Source: an uncultured Acidimicrobiia bacterium (GTDB taxonomy: Bacteria; Actinomycetota; Acidimicrobiia; IMCC26256; JAENVU01). From it: 64,000 nt of DNA. This document shows, one piece after another, positions 33,355 to 42,879 of the stretch. Both the position numbers and the translations under genes were made by a program. The stretch is from the NCBI GenBank assembly GCA_963796755.1, contig CAWCMX010000001.1, positions 1,558,556 through 1,622,555 on the forward strand, written 5' to 3'. The notes beneath the pieces were generated by a model that saw only the letters and a list, made by a program, of their open reading frames with translations, did no database searches and was not told where the DNA came from. Position 1 is the stretch's first letter, and the number at the start of each line of letters is the position of its first letter.

Positions 33355-34167
33355 GTGGATTCATCCCGTGACGCGGCCTGGAGCGAACCCACCGCTCGGT
33401 TCACCGCGCTGCTGGCCCAACCCGAGACCGATCTCCCGCTCGATGAGGGCGCGTTCCTCATCGCCGGTCACGCGCATCCCGGGCTCAACCTCGACGAGTG
33501 GCTCGTGCGCCTCGACGAGATCGCGGGCCGCTGCGTCGCGCACCGGACGCCCGCCGCACTCGCCGAGGCGTTGTTCGTCACGGATGGCTTCGCCGGCAAC
33601 CTCGAGGACTACTCCGACCCACGCAACTCGCTGCTCGACGACGTCATCGACCGGCGGCTCGGGATCCCGATCAGCCTCAGCATCCTGATGATCGAGATCG
33701 GTCGGCGCACCGGGCTCGGGCTCCACGGCGTCGGCATGCCCGGACACTTCCTCGTCGGCGTCGACGAGCAGCCCGGAGTCTTCGTGGACCCTTTCTACGC
33801 GGGACGCGTCCTCGACGTCGACGGCTGTCGCGAGGTCTTCGCCGCGCTCCAAGGTCCGGACGAGCCGTTCTCCTCCACCTTCCTCGAGCCGACCGGACCG
33901 CGCGCGATCCTGCTGCGCGTCCTCAACAACCTGCAGCGCGCGTACGTCGAGCGCAGCTCGGTCAACGCGGTCTGGGCGGCCCGGTTGCGCCTGCGGTTCA
34001 CCGAGCTCCCGCTCGCGGACCGGCGCCAGACTGCGGCGCTGCTCGGATCCCTCGGTCGGTTCAAGGAGGCGGCAGCAGCGCTCGACGCGCTGGCCGCGGA
34101 TCTCGACGGGACGAACGCGGCGAAGGTCAGCGCCGAGGCCCAGGCGCTGCGCGCCCGCGAGAACTGA
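33355..34167 (+). CDS. SirB1/transglutaminase-like protein
   Basis: GFAGNLEDYSDPRNS, GIPISLS, GMPGHF, FVDPF. Confidence 0.88.
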   Translation: MDSSRDAAWSEPTARFTALLAQPETDLPLDEGAFLIAGHAHPGLNLDEWLVRLDEIAGRCVAHRTPAALAEALFVTDGFAGNLEDYSDPRNSLLDDVIDRRLGIPISLSILMIEIGRRTGLGLHGVGMPGHFLVGVDEQPGVFVDPFYAGRVLDVDGCREVFAALQGPDEPFSSTFLEPTGPRAILLRVLNNLQRAYVERSSVNAVWAARLRLRFTELPLADRRQTAALLGSLGRFKEAAAALDALAADLDGTNAAKVSAEAQALRAREN

Positions 34168-34172
34168 GCCCG

Positions 34173-34797
34173 ATGGCCCACCGGAGCCTGCCGATGTTCC
34201 CGCTCGGGTCCGTGCTGTTCCCGCACGCCGCGCTGCCGTTGCACGTCTTCGAGCCCCGGTACCGCGCGCTGGTCGAGCACTGCCTCGCGGGTGAGCCCGA
34301 GTTCGGTGTCGTGCTGATCGAACGGGGCTCCGAGGTGGGCGGCGGCGACACGCGGTTCGCCGTCGGGACCGTCGCCGCGCATCGTCGAGGTGAGCCAGTT
34401 CACCGATGGCCGCTACGCGCTCGTCGCGGTCGGCGCGGCGCGACTCCGGGTGCACGAGTGGCTCCCGGACGACCCCTATCCGCTCGCGACCGTCGAGGTG
34501 ATGGACGAAGCCTCCGGGTCGCCGGTCGCGGTGGCGGCGAGGTCGGCGGTCGAAGTGCAGCTGCGTCGGGTGCTCGCGCTGGCCGCCGAGCTGGGGGCGT
34601 CAGTGCCGCCGAGCGATGTCCACCTGGACGACGACGCGGTGCGCGCCGGGTTCGAGGCGTGCGCCCTCGCGCCGATCGGGTCTCTCGATGCCCAGCGGCT
34701 CCTGGAGCTCGACGACCCCGCCGACCGCCTCACCCGGCTCGAGGCGCTCCTCGTCGACACCGCCGAGCTGCTCGAGCTGCGCCTCGGGGAATCCTGA
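34173..34797 (+). CDS. LON peptidase substrate-binding domain protein (frame slip)
   Basis: LPMFPLGSVLFP, LHVFEPRY, RGSEVGGGD, PDDPYP. Confidence 0.9.
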
Positions 34798-34820
34798 CCG
34801 GCCGCCGCTAATCTCCCGGC

Positions 34821-35168
34821 ATGGATCCTGAAGCGGCACGCCGGCAGCTCGAAGCGGAGAAGGCGCGGATCGCGGCGCTGATCTCCGAGCAGCACACCGA
34901 GGTGGACGAGGAGTCCGCGAGCGACGAGGTCGAGGCCACGACGTACGACAACGCGGACTCCGGCTCGTCCACGTTCGAGCGGGAGAAGGATCTCGGCATC
35001 CTGGACGACCTCGAGGTCGAGCTCGCGGAGGTCGAGGCCGCGATCGAGCGCATCGACAACGGCACCTACGGGATCGACGAGGTCACCGGCGCGCCGATCG
35101 ACCCGGCCCGGCTCGAGGCGGCGCCGGCCGCCCGGACGAACGTGGACACCGTCCCGCCCGAGGCGTAG
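34821..35168 (+). CDS. TraR/DksA family regulator, cysteine-free
   Basis: DNADSGSSTFERE coiled-coil tip, AIERIDNGTYGIDEVTG...RLEAAPAA. Confidence 0.85.
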   Translation: MDPEAARRQLEAEKARIAALISEQHTEVDEESASDEVEATTYDNADSGSSTFEREKDLGILDDLEVELAEVEAAIERIDNGTYGIDEVTGAPIDPARLEAAPAARTNVDTVPPEA

Positions 35169-35247
35169 GAGCGGCACCAGGCTCGCCTCCGCTCCCTCGC
35201 AGTACGATCCCGTCGGCCACGAGGAACGCGTCGACGAGGAGCACGCC

Positions 35248-36099
35248 ATGGGGTTCGCGATCGAGAAGCTGGGGCAGTGGACGGAGGGGCCCGAGTTCAA
35301 GGTCGACGCCGAGCGCACCAAGGCGTACGCGGCGGCGACGAACGACCCGATCCCCGCGCACCTGAGCGGCGAGGTCGCGCCGCCGGTCTTCGCGGTCGTC
35401 CCGATCTGGGACACGATCGCCGGCGCGATGGCCGCGGTCGTGCCACCGGAGGTGCTGATGCTCGTGGTGCACGGCGAGCAGGACATGCGCCTGTACAAGC
35501 AGATGACGCCGGGCATGGTGCTGAGCTCGCGCGCCGCGCCGGTGGGCATCCACGTCAAGCCGAACGGGACCACCGTCGTGGCGAAGGTCGAGACCCGCGA
35601 CCAGGCGGGTGACCTGGTCGCCGAGCAGTACATGACCTCGTTCTTCCGCGGGGTCAGCGACGGCGAGAGTGCGGGCGAGGAAGCACCGAAGCACAAGCTC
35701 GACGGGCCGACGAAGGCCGGCGAGCCCGTCGGCACGATCACCCAGCAGCTGGACCCGGACCAGACCTACCGGTACGCCGAGGCGTCGGGTGACAACATGC
35801 CGATCCACCTCGACGCGGAGATCGCGAAGTCGGTGGGCCTGCCCGGGATCATCATCCACGGCCTCTGCACCATGGCCTTCACGTCGTGGGGTGCGATCCA
35901 GGTCGTGGCGGACGGCGACCCGTCGAAGCTCAAGCGGCTCGCGGTGCGCTTCTCACGGCCGGTGCTGCCCGGTCAGACCATCACCACCACGTTCTGGCGT
36001 GCGGGTGAAGCCGACGGCAACGCGGTGTTCGGCTTCGAGACCCGCAACGGGGACGGCGAAGTCGTGATCAAGGACGGCCTCGCCGAGATCTCGCGTTGA
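35248..36099 (+). CDS. Double hot-dog MaoC family dehydratase
   Basis: VHGEQD; YAEASGDNMPIHLD...IIHGLC, VRFSRPVLPG. Confidence 0.9.
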   Translation: MGFAIEKLGQWTEGPEFKVDAERTKAYAAATNDPIPAHLSGEVAPPVFAVVPIWDTIAGAMAAVVPPEVLMLVVHGEQDMRLYKQMTPGMVLSSRAAPVGIHVKPNGTTVVAKVETRDQAGDLVAEQYMTSFFRGVSDGESAGEEAPKHKLDGPTKAGEPVGTITQQLDPDQTYRYAEASGDNMPIHLDAEIAKSVGLPGIIIHGLCTMAFTSWGAIQVVADGDPSKLKRLAVRFSRPVLPGQTITTTFWRAGEADGNAVFGFETRNGDGEVVIKDGLAEISR

Positions 36100-36109
36100 T
36101 CCAGCCGAG

Positions 36110-36355
36110 GTGACGGTACGGCTCCGGCTGTTCGCCCGGGCGCGCGAAGCCGCGGGGACATCCACGGTCGAGCTGGACGCCGCCACGCTGGGCGCGCTGC
36201 TGGACGACGCGTGGGCGAGCCTCGGGGCGGAGTTCGTCGCGGTCCTCGCGTCGTCGCGCGTGTGGATCAACGGCGACGAGCCGGCCGACGGTGATGCGAC
36301 CGTGTTGGAGGACGGCGACGAGGTCGCCGTCCTCCCTCCGGTCAGTGGCGGGTGA
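36110..36355 (+). CDS. MoaD/ThiS sulfur carrier
   Basis: LFARAREAAG...EVAVLPPVSGG C-terminal GG. Confidence 0.9.
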   Translation: MTVRLRLFARAREAAGTSTVELDAATLGALLDDAWASLGAEFVAVLASSRVWINGDEPADGDATVLEDGDEVAVLPPVSGG

Positions 36356-36365
36356 GATCCTCGGG

Positions 36366-36977
36366 TTACAGGAGCTTGAGCTTCCGGGCCCGCTCGAAGC
36401 GCGACGAGACGTCGGGCCAGTTCACGATCTCCCAGAACGACTTCACCCAGTCGGCCTTCACGTTCTTGTACTGCAGGTAGTACGCGTGCTCCCACATGTC
36501 GAGCACGAGCAGCGGCGGAGCGCCCTGACCGACGTTGCTCTGGTGGTCGTAGACCTGCTCGACGATCAGGCGCTGGCCGAGCGGTTCCCAGGTGAGCGCG
36601 CCCCAACCGGAGCCCTGCACCGCGAGCGAGGATTCGGTCAGCTGGTTCCTCAGGCCCTCGAAGCCGCCGAACCCGTCGTCGATCGCGGCCGCGAGATCAC
36701 CCTCGGGCTTGCCACCACCGTCAGGTGAGAGGTTCTGCCAGAACATCGAGTGCAGGACGTGACCGGACAGGTGGAATGCGAGGTTCTTCTGCAGCTGGTT
36801 GATCGTGCCGAAGTCGTCCGAGGTTCGGGCCTGGTCGAGCTTCTCGAGGGCGGTGTTGGCGCCGGTGACGTACGCCGCGTGGTGCTTGTCGTGGTGCAGC
36901 TCCAGCACCTCGGCCGAGTAGTGCGGCTCGAGGGCGGCGTAGTCGTACGGGAGCTCGGGGAGCGAGTAGACGGGCAT
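36366..36977 (-). CDS. sodA: Fe/Mn superoxide dismutase
   Basis: [31 protein letters not shown]. Confidence 0.96.
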   Translation of the reverse strand: MPVYSLPELPYDYAALEPHYSAEVLELHHDKHHAAYVTGANTALEKLDQARTSDDFGTINQLQKNLAFHLSGHVLHSMFWQNLSPDGGGKPEGDLAAAIDDGFGGFEGLRNQLTESSLAVQGSGWGALTWEPLGQRLIVEQVYDHQSNVGQGAPPLLVLDMWEHAYYLQYKNVKADWVKSFWEIVNWPDVSSRFERARKLKLL

Positions 36978-37087
36978 GGGGGTCTCCTTACGGCGGGAAC
37001 TCCGACCGTACCCCCGGAACCCGGGAGTAATCGCAGCCCGGAAGCCTCGCCGGGACCGCGGAATCGGCGAGGTAGCCTGACCGGACC

Positions 37088-37603
37088 ATGGCTCAGCACC
37101 AGCGTCGCATCGATCGGGTCCTCGGCCCCGACTATCTCGACGGGCTCGACGGCCGGTCCATCGACGAGGTCCGCCAGATGGACCGCGAGTGCGCCGAGAT
37201 CGAGACCGAGCTCTCCTACATCCGGCGCCTGGCCCAGGGGCGGATCGACATCATCGACGCCGAGGTCGACCGGCGGGGCGCCGGCGGCTCGCTCGGCGAC
37301 CTGATCGCGGCCCTGCCGAAGATCCTGGCCGACGACTCCCCCCGCCCGGATCCGGCGGCCACCCGGTTCTCGGACCCGAGCACCCCGGCATCCGAGATCG
37401 AGTTCAAGCGTGGCCTCGAGTCGCTGATCTCGGACGCGACGCTCGCGAACCTCCCAACCCTCTCCGACGAAGAGCTGCAGACCACGCTGGAGCAGCTCCG
37501 TTCGCTCGAGCACGAGGTGTCCGCGAACCGCAGCGCGCTGCACGCGGTCATGGACACGCTCGCCCGCGACCTCGCGCAGAGGCTCTCGGTCGGGAAGGCC
37601 TGA
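37088..37603 (+). CDS. rsiG: RsiG/AmfC family c-di-GMP-binding anti-sigma factor
   Basis: RRIDRVL..YL; motif [16 protein letters not shown]; second motif [16 protein letters not shown]. Confidence 0.85.
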   Translation: MAQHQRRIDRVLGPDYLDGLDGRSIDEVRQMDRECAEIETELSYIRRLAQGRIDIIDAEVDRRGAGGSLGDLIAALPKILADDSPRPDPAATRFSDPSTPASEIEFKRGLESLISDATLANLPTLSDEELQTTLEQLRSLEHEVSANRSALHAVMDTLARDLAQRLSVGKA

Positions 37604-37605
37604 GG

Positions 37606-38004
37606 GTGCCGCCCACGCCGGCGGACGCCGCCGACGCGGTCGAGTCGCGGCTGCGCGACCTGGGCGAGTTCATCCGGGAGCAGCGGCGGCGGGACCGCCT
37701 GTCGTTGCGCAAGCTGAGCGAGCTCGCGGGGATCTCGAACCCCTACCTGAGCCAGATCGAGCGCGGCCTCCGCAAGCCGAGCGCCGAGATCCTGCAGGCG
37801 ATCGCGAAGGGGCTGCGGATCTCCGCCGAGACGTTGTACGTCCGGGCCGGGATCCTCGACGAGCGGGAAGAGGATGCGGACCTGGTCGCCCGGATCCTCG
37901 CCGACCCCAGCATCAACGAGCGCCAGAAGCAGGCGCTGGTCGACGTCTACCGGTCCTTCCAGCACGAGCGGGAGCAGACCGGATCGGTCGACCTCGGCGC
38001 CTGA
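37606..38004 (+). CDS. XRE-family HTH transcriptional regulator
   Basis: LGEFIREQR...GISNPYLSQIERGLRKPSAEIL. Confidence 0.92.
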   Translation: MPPTPADAADAVESRLRDLGEFIREQRRRDRLSLRKLSELAGISNPYLSQIERGLRKPSAEILQAIAKGLRISAETLYVRAGILDEREEDADLVARILADPSINERQKQALVDVYRSFQHEREQTGSVDLGA

Positions 38005-38060
38005 GCGGCGCGGCGGCCGGCCGGGAGCCGGTGGGACCCCAGGGTTAGGATCCGACCGCT

Positions 38061-39296
38061 ATGCCCTTGCGCCGTCTCGCCGTCCTCAGCGTGCACACGT
38101 CGCCCCTCGCGCAACCCGGCGCGGGCGACGGTGGTGGGATGAACGTGTACGTGCGGGCGCTCGCGTCCGCCCTGGCGCGCGCCGGGGTCGAATGTGACGT
38201 GCTGACCCGCCGGGATCATCCGGGGCAGCCCGATGTGGTCGAGATCGAGCCCGGGTTCCGCGTGGTGCACCTGGATGCCGGCCCGCCCGTCGCGTTGCCG
38301 AAGCACGCGCTGATCGACCTCATCGAGCCGCTGGGCGAGGCGACGTTGGAGCACCTCGCGCAGGAGGATCTCCGCTACGACGCGCTGCACGCGAACTACT
38401 GGGTCTCCGGCGCGCTCGGGCACCGGATGAAGCACGAGCTCGACGTTCCGCTGGTCGCGACGTTCCACACGCTGGCCCGGGTCAAGGCGGACGCGGGGGT
38501 GGACGACGACCCCGAGCAGCGGGCGCGCGTCGAGCAGGAGACCATCAGCTGCACGGATCTGATCCTCGCGTCGACGGCGGACGAGCGCGAGCAGCTCGTC
38601 GGTCTCTACGGCGCGGATCGCGACCGCATCGAGATCGTCCCTCCGGGGGTCGACCACGAGATCTTCAACCCGGGAGGCCCGGGGGCGCGGGAGGCCGCGC
38701 GCGCTGCGCTCGATCTCGACGACCGGCCCGCCCTGCTCTTCGTCGGCCGGATCCAGCCCCTCAAGGGCGCCCGGCTCGCGGTCAAGACGCTGGCCGCGCT
38801 CGGCGACCCGCGGGCGGTCCTGCTCGTGGTCGGTGGGCCGAGCGGCGTGGCCGGCACCGCGGAGCTGGAAGCGCTGCACGGCCTCGCCCGTTCCCTCGGC
38901 GTCTTCGATCAGGTCCGCTTCGTCCCCCCGCAGCCCCACGAGCGCCTGGCCACCTTCTACCGGGCGGCGGACGTCTGCCTGGTCCCGAGCCGCACGGAGT
39001 CCTTCGGGCTCGTCGCGCTCGAGGCCGCGGCGTGCGGCACGCCGGTCGTCGCCGCCGGCGTCGGCGGCCTCCGCTCGCTCGTCGACGACGGAAGCACCGG
39101 GTTCCTCATCGACGGCCGGGACCCGGTCGACTTCGCGGTCCCGGTGTCGATGCTCCTGTCGGATTCGGATCTCGCGGGGGCGATGAGCGCGAACGCCGAA
39201 GCCCGTTCGCGACGCTACGCGTGGAGCATCACAGCGGCGCGCCTGCGGCGGCTCTACGCCGACCTGCTGGCGCGCGAGCTCGTCTCGTGTCAATGA
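38061..39296 (+). CDS. mshA: D-inositol-3-phosphate glycosyltransferase (mycothiol biosynthesis)
   Basis: HTSPLAQPGAGDGGGMNVYV, FVGRIQPLKG, ESFGLVALEAAACGTPV; followed by YbjN gene. Confidence 0.9.
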   Translation: MPLRRLAVLSVHTSPLAQPGAGDGGGMNVYVRALASALARAGVECDVLTRRDHPGQPDVVEIEPGFRVVHLDAGPPVALPKHALIDLIEPLGEATLEHLAQEDLRYDALHANYWVSGALGHRMKHELDVPLVATFHTLARVKADAGVDDDPEQRARVEQETISCTDLILASTADEREQLVGLYGADRDRIEIVPPGVDHEIFNPGGPGAREAARAALDLDDRPALLFVGRIQPLKGARLAVKTLAALGDPRAVLLVVGGPSGVAGTAELEALHGLARSLGVFDQVRFVPPQPHERLATFYRAADVCLVPSRTESFGLVALEAAACGTPVVAAGVGGLRSLVDDGSTGFLIDGRDPVDFAVPVSMLLSDSDLAGAMSANAEARSRRYAWSITAARLRRLYADLLARELVSCQ

Positions 39297-39748
39297 CGCC
39301 GTTGGAGTCCGATCTCGACGCCGCACACGCGCTGATCGACTCTCACTTGTGGGGACCGGTGCGCGAGCAGCCGTCGGTGCAGCACGTCGAGTACGACGCC
39401 GAGCTGCGGCGCTGGTACGTGCGGTTCGGTTGCGACGGGCGCGACGCGGCGACCATCTACTTCGACCTGCATCAACGCACGTTGCGCTACGAGCTGTACT
39501 TCCTGCCGAGTCCCGAGAACGACGAACGGCGCGCGGAGCTGAACGAGTTCCTGTTGCGGCGCAACCACGACCTCTACGCGGCCCGCTTCTCGCTCGGGCC
39601 CGATGGTGACGTGTATCTCACCGGCCGCACTGCGCTCGAGCACCTCACCGAAGGGGAGCTCGACCGCATCATCGGCGTGCTCTTCGAGCTGACCGAGCGT
39701 TGGTTCCAGGCTGCGGTCGCGATCGCGTACCGCCCGCGCCCGAGCTGA
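39293..39748 (+). CDS. YbjN domain protein
   Basis: RRWYVR, FLLRRN, GDVYL, ELDRIIG; usual neighbour of mshA. Confidence 0.8.
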   Translation: MTPLESDLDAAHALIDSHLWGPVREQPSVQHVEYDAELRRWYVRFGCDGRDAATIYFDLHQRTLRYELYFLPSPENDERRAELNEFLLRRNHDLYAARFSLGPDGDVYLTGRTALEHLTEGELDRIIGVLFELTERWFQAAVAIAYRPRPS

Positions 39749-39801
39749 GGCCGACACCTCAGAGACTCCGGTTCCGTCCCGAATCGTCGTCTTGCCTCCG
39801 T

Positions 39802-39830
39802 TTGCATTCGCGCAGCGAGGTCGGTACGGT
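39802..39830 (+). promoter_or_regulatory. Housekeeping sigma-type promoter
   Basis: TTGCAT-N17-TACGGT. Confidence 0.6.
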
Positions 39831-39836
39831 GACCCC

Positions 39837-39942
39837 GGTCGGCGCCGACGGGTGCCGGCAGGGTGCGGCCCGAGGTGCAGGAAGCTGCTTCGTTCGGGGA
39901 AGTGCGAAGCCGGCCGAGCGTTCCTCGGGCCCACCCGTTTTT
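39837..39942 (+). ncRNA. Candidate structured sRNA or attenuator leader upstream of proC
   Basis: Follows the promoter; stem GGGTGCGGCCCGAGG/CCTCGGGCCCACCC encloses inner hairpins and ends in GTTTTT. Confidence 0.45.
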
Positions 39943-39993
39943 CTCAGTGATTGGCAGGGTGCGAGCAACGCGCGCCGGTACCCTCGCTGCGTG

Positions 39994-40795
39994 ATGCGCA
40001 TCGCGTTGCTCGGTGGTGGGCGCATGGGTGGAGCCCTCGTCGCCGGTCTCTTCGATGCGGGCTACGAACCCGATGGGATCGCCGTCGCCGAGATCGATCC
40101 CGAACGCCGCCGCGAGATCGAGGAGCGGCACCCGGGCATCCGGGTCGTGCCGAGCCCCGCGTGGGCGGTGGCCGACGCCGACGTCGTGATCGTCGCGTTG
40201 AAGCCCCAGCACGTGTCGGCGGCGCTCGAGTCCGCGGCCACGTCACTGCCCGAAGGCGCACTCGTGCTCTCGATCGCGGCCGGGATCACGATCGCCGAGC
40301 TCGAACGGGCCGCGCCCGGCCGACCGGTGATCCGGGCCATGCCCAACACCCCGGCGGTCGTCGGACGGGGTGCGTCCGCGATCGCGGCCGGGACCGACGC
40401 CACCGAGTCGGACCTCGAGCTGGCCGAACGGTTGCTGGGCGCGGTGGGGATCGTCGTGCGGGTGCCCGAGAAGATGCTCGACGCGGTCACGGGGCTGTCG
40501 GGGTCAGGTCCCGCCTACGTCTTCCTGCTCGCCGAGGCGATGATCGAAGGTGGCGTGCTCAACGGCCTGCCCCGCGACGTCGCGACCACCCTCGTGCTGC
40601 AGACGATCTTCGGCGCCGGCGCGCTGCTGGTGGAGAGCGAGGAGGGTCCCGAGGCGCTGCGCGCCGCGGTGACCTCCCCGGGCGGCACGACCGCCGCCGG
40701 GCTGCACGCGCTCGAGCAGGGCTCGATGCGCGGTGCGGTGCTGAACGCGGTGACCGCGGCGACCGAACGGTCGCCGCGAGCTGGGCCAGACCTGA
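39994..40795 (+). CDS. proC: Pyrroline-5-carboxylate reductase (3' frame slip)
   Basis: LGGGRMG, RAMPNTP, TGLSGSGPAY, VTSPGGTT. Confidence 0.95.
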
Positions 40796-40808
40796 TGCGG
40801 GTGCCCGG

Positions 40809-41645
40809 ATGAGCAAGCGCGCGACCCACCGGCCCCCCCACCTCGAGCCGGCGCCGCGTCCGGCCCGCCCGGTGCACCGCGAGCTTCGCCGCCCGAGCCC
40901 GCGGGCGCGGGTGGTGAAGTCACGCGTGGCGGGCCGCCATGATCGGCTCGGCCGGGCCGAGATGCACTCGGTGATGCGTCGGATCGTCAGCGGTGATCCC
41001 GTCGCGCTGCTGGGGCTCGAGCGCTTCGGTGGCGCGGACCTCCCCGAGCTCCGCACGGTGGCTGCGGACGTGTGGGGCTGGAACAGCGCCGAACCGACCG
41101 TCTCGATCGAGCCCGATCGTCTGCTGGCCGGACTCGTCGCGGCGCGGGACCGCGTCATCGACGTCGCGCGCCGAGGTGGTCGGATCCTGGTGGCGACCGG
41201 CCGGCCCGCGTCGCTGCTCCCCCTCCACCAGCACTTCGCGCGCCTGACCGTCGCGGCCGGCGGGCACCTGCTCGACTCCGGCGAAGCGGGTCCGATCGCG
41301 GCCGCGGGTCGGGCGTCGCTGCGGCTGTGGTGGTTGGGTGGTGTCGCGGTGCTGACCGACGGCGACGTCCTCATCGCCGATCCCGGGATCGAGGCCATCG
41401 ACGAGCTGCTGTTCACCGTGCCCTTTCCCGATCTCGTCGTCGCCGACCGGGGCTTCGCCGGCGGCGCGCTGCGCGCCGGGATCGAGGTGGTCGCGCTCGC
41501 GGACCTGGACGCCCTCGCGCTCGGGGTCGCCTCCTCCCGCGGTCTGCCGGTCACGGTGGTCCCGATGCACGAGCGGCGCCCGGCTGCCGCGTACACCGCG
41601 CTCGAGCCGCTCCTCGCGCTCCCAACTCCCACCGAGACCACCTGA
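40809..41645 (+). CDS. Actinobacterial putative phosphatase family protein
   Basis: ILVATGRPASLL, PDLVVADRGFAGGA; usual position before the Rv0500A-like HTH gene. Confidence 0.6.
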   Translation: MSKRATHRPPHLEPAPRPARPVHRELRRPSPRARVVKSRVAGRHDRLGRAEMHSVMRRIVSGDPVALLGLERFGGADLPELRTVAADVWGWNSAEPTVSIEPDRLLAGLVAARDRVIDVARRGGRILVATGRPASLLPLHQHFARLTVAAGGHLLDSGEAGPIAAAGRASLRLWWLGGVAVLTDGDVLIADPGIEAIDELLFTVPFPDLVVADRGFAGGALRAGIEVVALADLDALALGVASSRGLPVTVVPMHERRPAAAYTALEPLLALPTPTETT

Positions 41646-41723
41646 GCCACAGCGGCCACACTCGACAGCGTGGGTACCAGGCGCATACGCTCACGATTCG
41701 GACGGAGAGAGGGGTCAGGCCGC

Positions 41724-41912
41724 GTGGCGCAGTCGTTCTCGACATCGCGCTTTCTGACGGTGCAGGAAGTCGCAGAGCTGATGCGGGTGTCGACCATGAC
41801 GGTCTACCGACTCATCAAGGCAGGCGACCTTCCCGCCGTCCGGGTGGGCCGGTCCTTCCGCGTCCGCGACGTCGACGTCGACGCCTATCTCGGCGACCGC
41901 TACACCCAGTAG
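41724..41912 (+). CDS. Excisionase-like HTH_17 DNA-binding protein (Rv0500A-like)
   Basis: FLTVQEVAELMRVSTMTVYRLIKAGDLPAVRVGRSFRV. Confidence 0.92.
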   Translation: MAQSFSTSRFLTVQEVAELMRVSTMTVYRLIKAGDLPAVRVGRSFRVRDVDVDAYLGDRYTQ

Positions 41913-41964
41913 CGCCCGCCACCCCGCTGCGGCCGCGGCCGACGACCCGACGTATCCTCCGGCC

Positions 41965-42797
41965 GTGCCCGAGGTCCCGAAGTTCGTCTCGTTCCTGTCC
42001 GACTACGGGCTCGTGGACGAGTTCGCCGGGGTGTGCCGGGCCGTGATGCTGGGCCTCGCGCCCGGGCTCACGATCGTCGACGTGAGCCACGACATCCCGG
42101 CCCACGACGTCAAGGCCGGCGCGCTCGACCCTGGTGCGGGCGGTGCAGTACCTGCCCGACGGCATCGTGCTCGCGGTGGTCGACCCGGGTGTGGGCACCG
42201 AGCGGCGCGCGATCGCGGTGGAGACCGAGACGGGCTACTTCCTCGGCCCGGACAACGGCCTGCTCGCGCCCGCGGTCGCGATGATCGGTGGCGCCGGCCG
42301 CGCGGTGTCGCTCACGAACGAGGAGTACCACCTCGCCGTCGCCGGGCCCGACCTTCGCCGGGTCGCGACATCCTGGCGCCCGCGGCGGGCTACCTCGCTC
42401 GCGGCGTGCCCGTTCGACGAGCTCGGTGAGGCGATCGACCCGATCGGCATGGTGCCGGGACTGGTGTCGCTGCCGACCGAGGAGGACGGCACGATCGTCG
42501 GAGAGGTGTGGTGGGTGGACCACTTCGGCAATTGCCAGCTGAACATCGATCCCGGCCGAGCTCCAGCGGCTCGGCGTGGACATCGGGGGATCGCTCGAGC
42601 TGCGCCTCGGCGGTCAGGCGCGCATGGCGCGCTGGGTGCGCACGTACGCCGAGGCGAAGCCGTCCGAGCTCGTCCTGCTCGTCGACTCGTACGGGCTCGT
42701 GTCCCTGGCGCTCGATCGGCGCTCGGCCGCCGCCGAGCTCGGGCTGCACGGCGGCTCGGGCATCACAGTCGTTCCACCACCCGGAGGTGCTCGGTGA
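41965..42797 (+). CDS. DUF62 SAM hydroxide adenosyltransferase/halogenase family (frame slips)
   Basis: FLSDYGLVD, DVSHDI, AVVDPGVGTERR, GPDNGLL, TFAGRD, VDHFGNCQLN, DSYG. Confidence 0.88.
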
Positions 42798-42879
42798 GAC
42801 CCGGAACCACGATCGCGCTCGCAGTCCTGCTCATCCTGATCCTGGGGCGGCGGTGCTGCAGTTCGTCTTCCGCGTCTGA
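42794..42879 (+). CDS. Small single-TM peptide of about 28 aa (one-base slip in a G run)
   Basis: GGAGG RBS, GTG overlapping the upstream TGA; reconstructed MRPGTTIALAVLLILILGAAVLQFVFRV. Confidence 0.55.

Noticed and set aside
41724-41912. Excisionase-like gene (and bldC) as sign of a prophage or ICE
   Set aside because: Both are conserved chromosomal HTH regulators; no integrase or phage genes nearby
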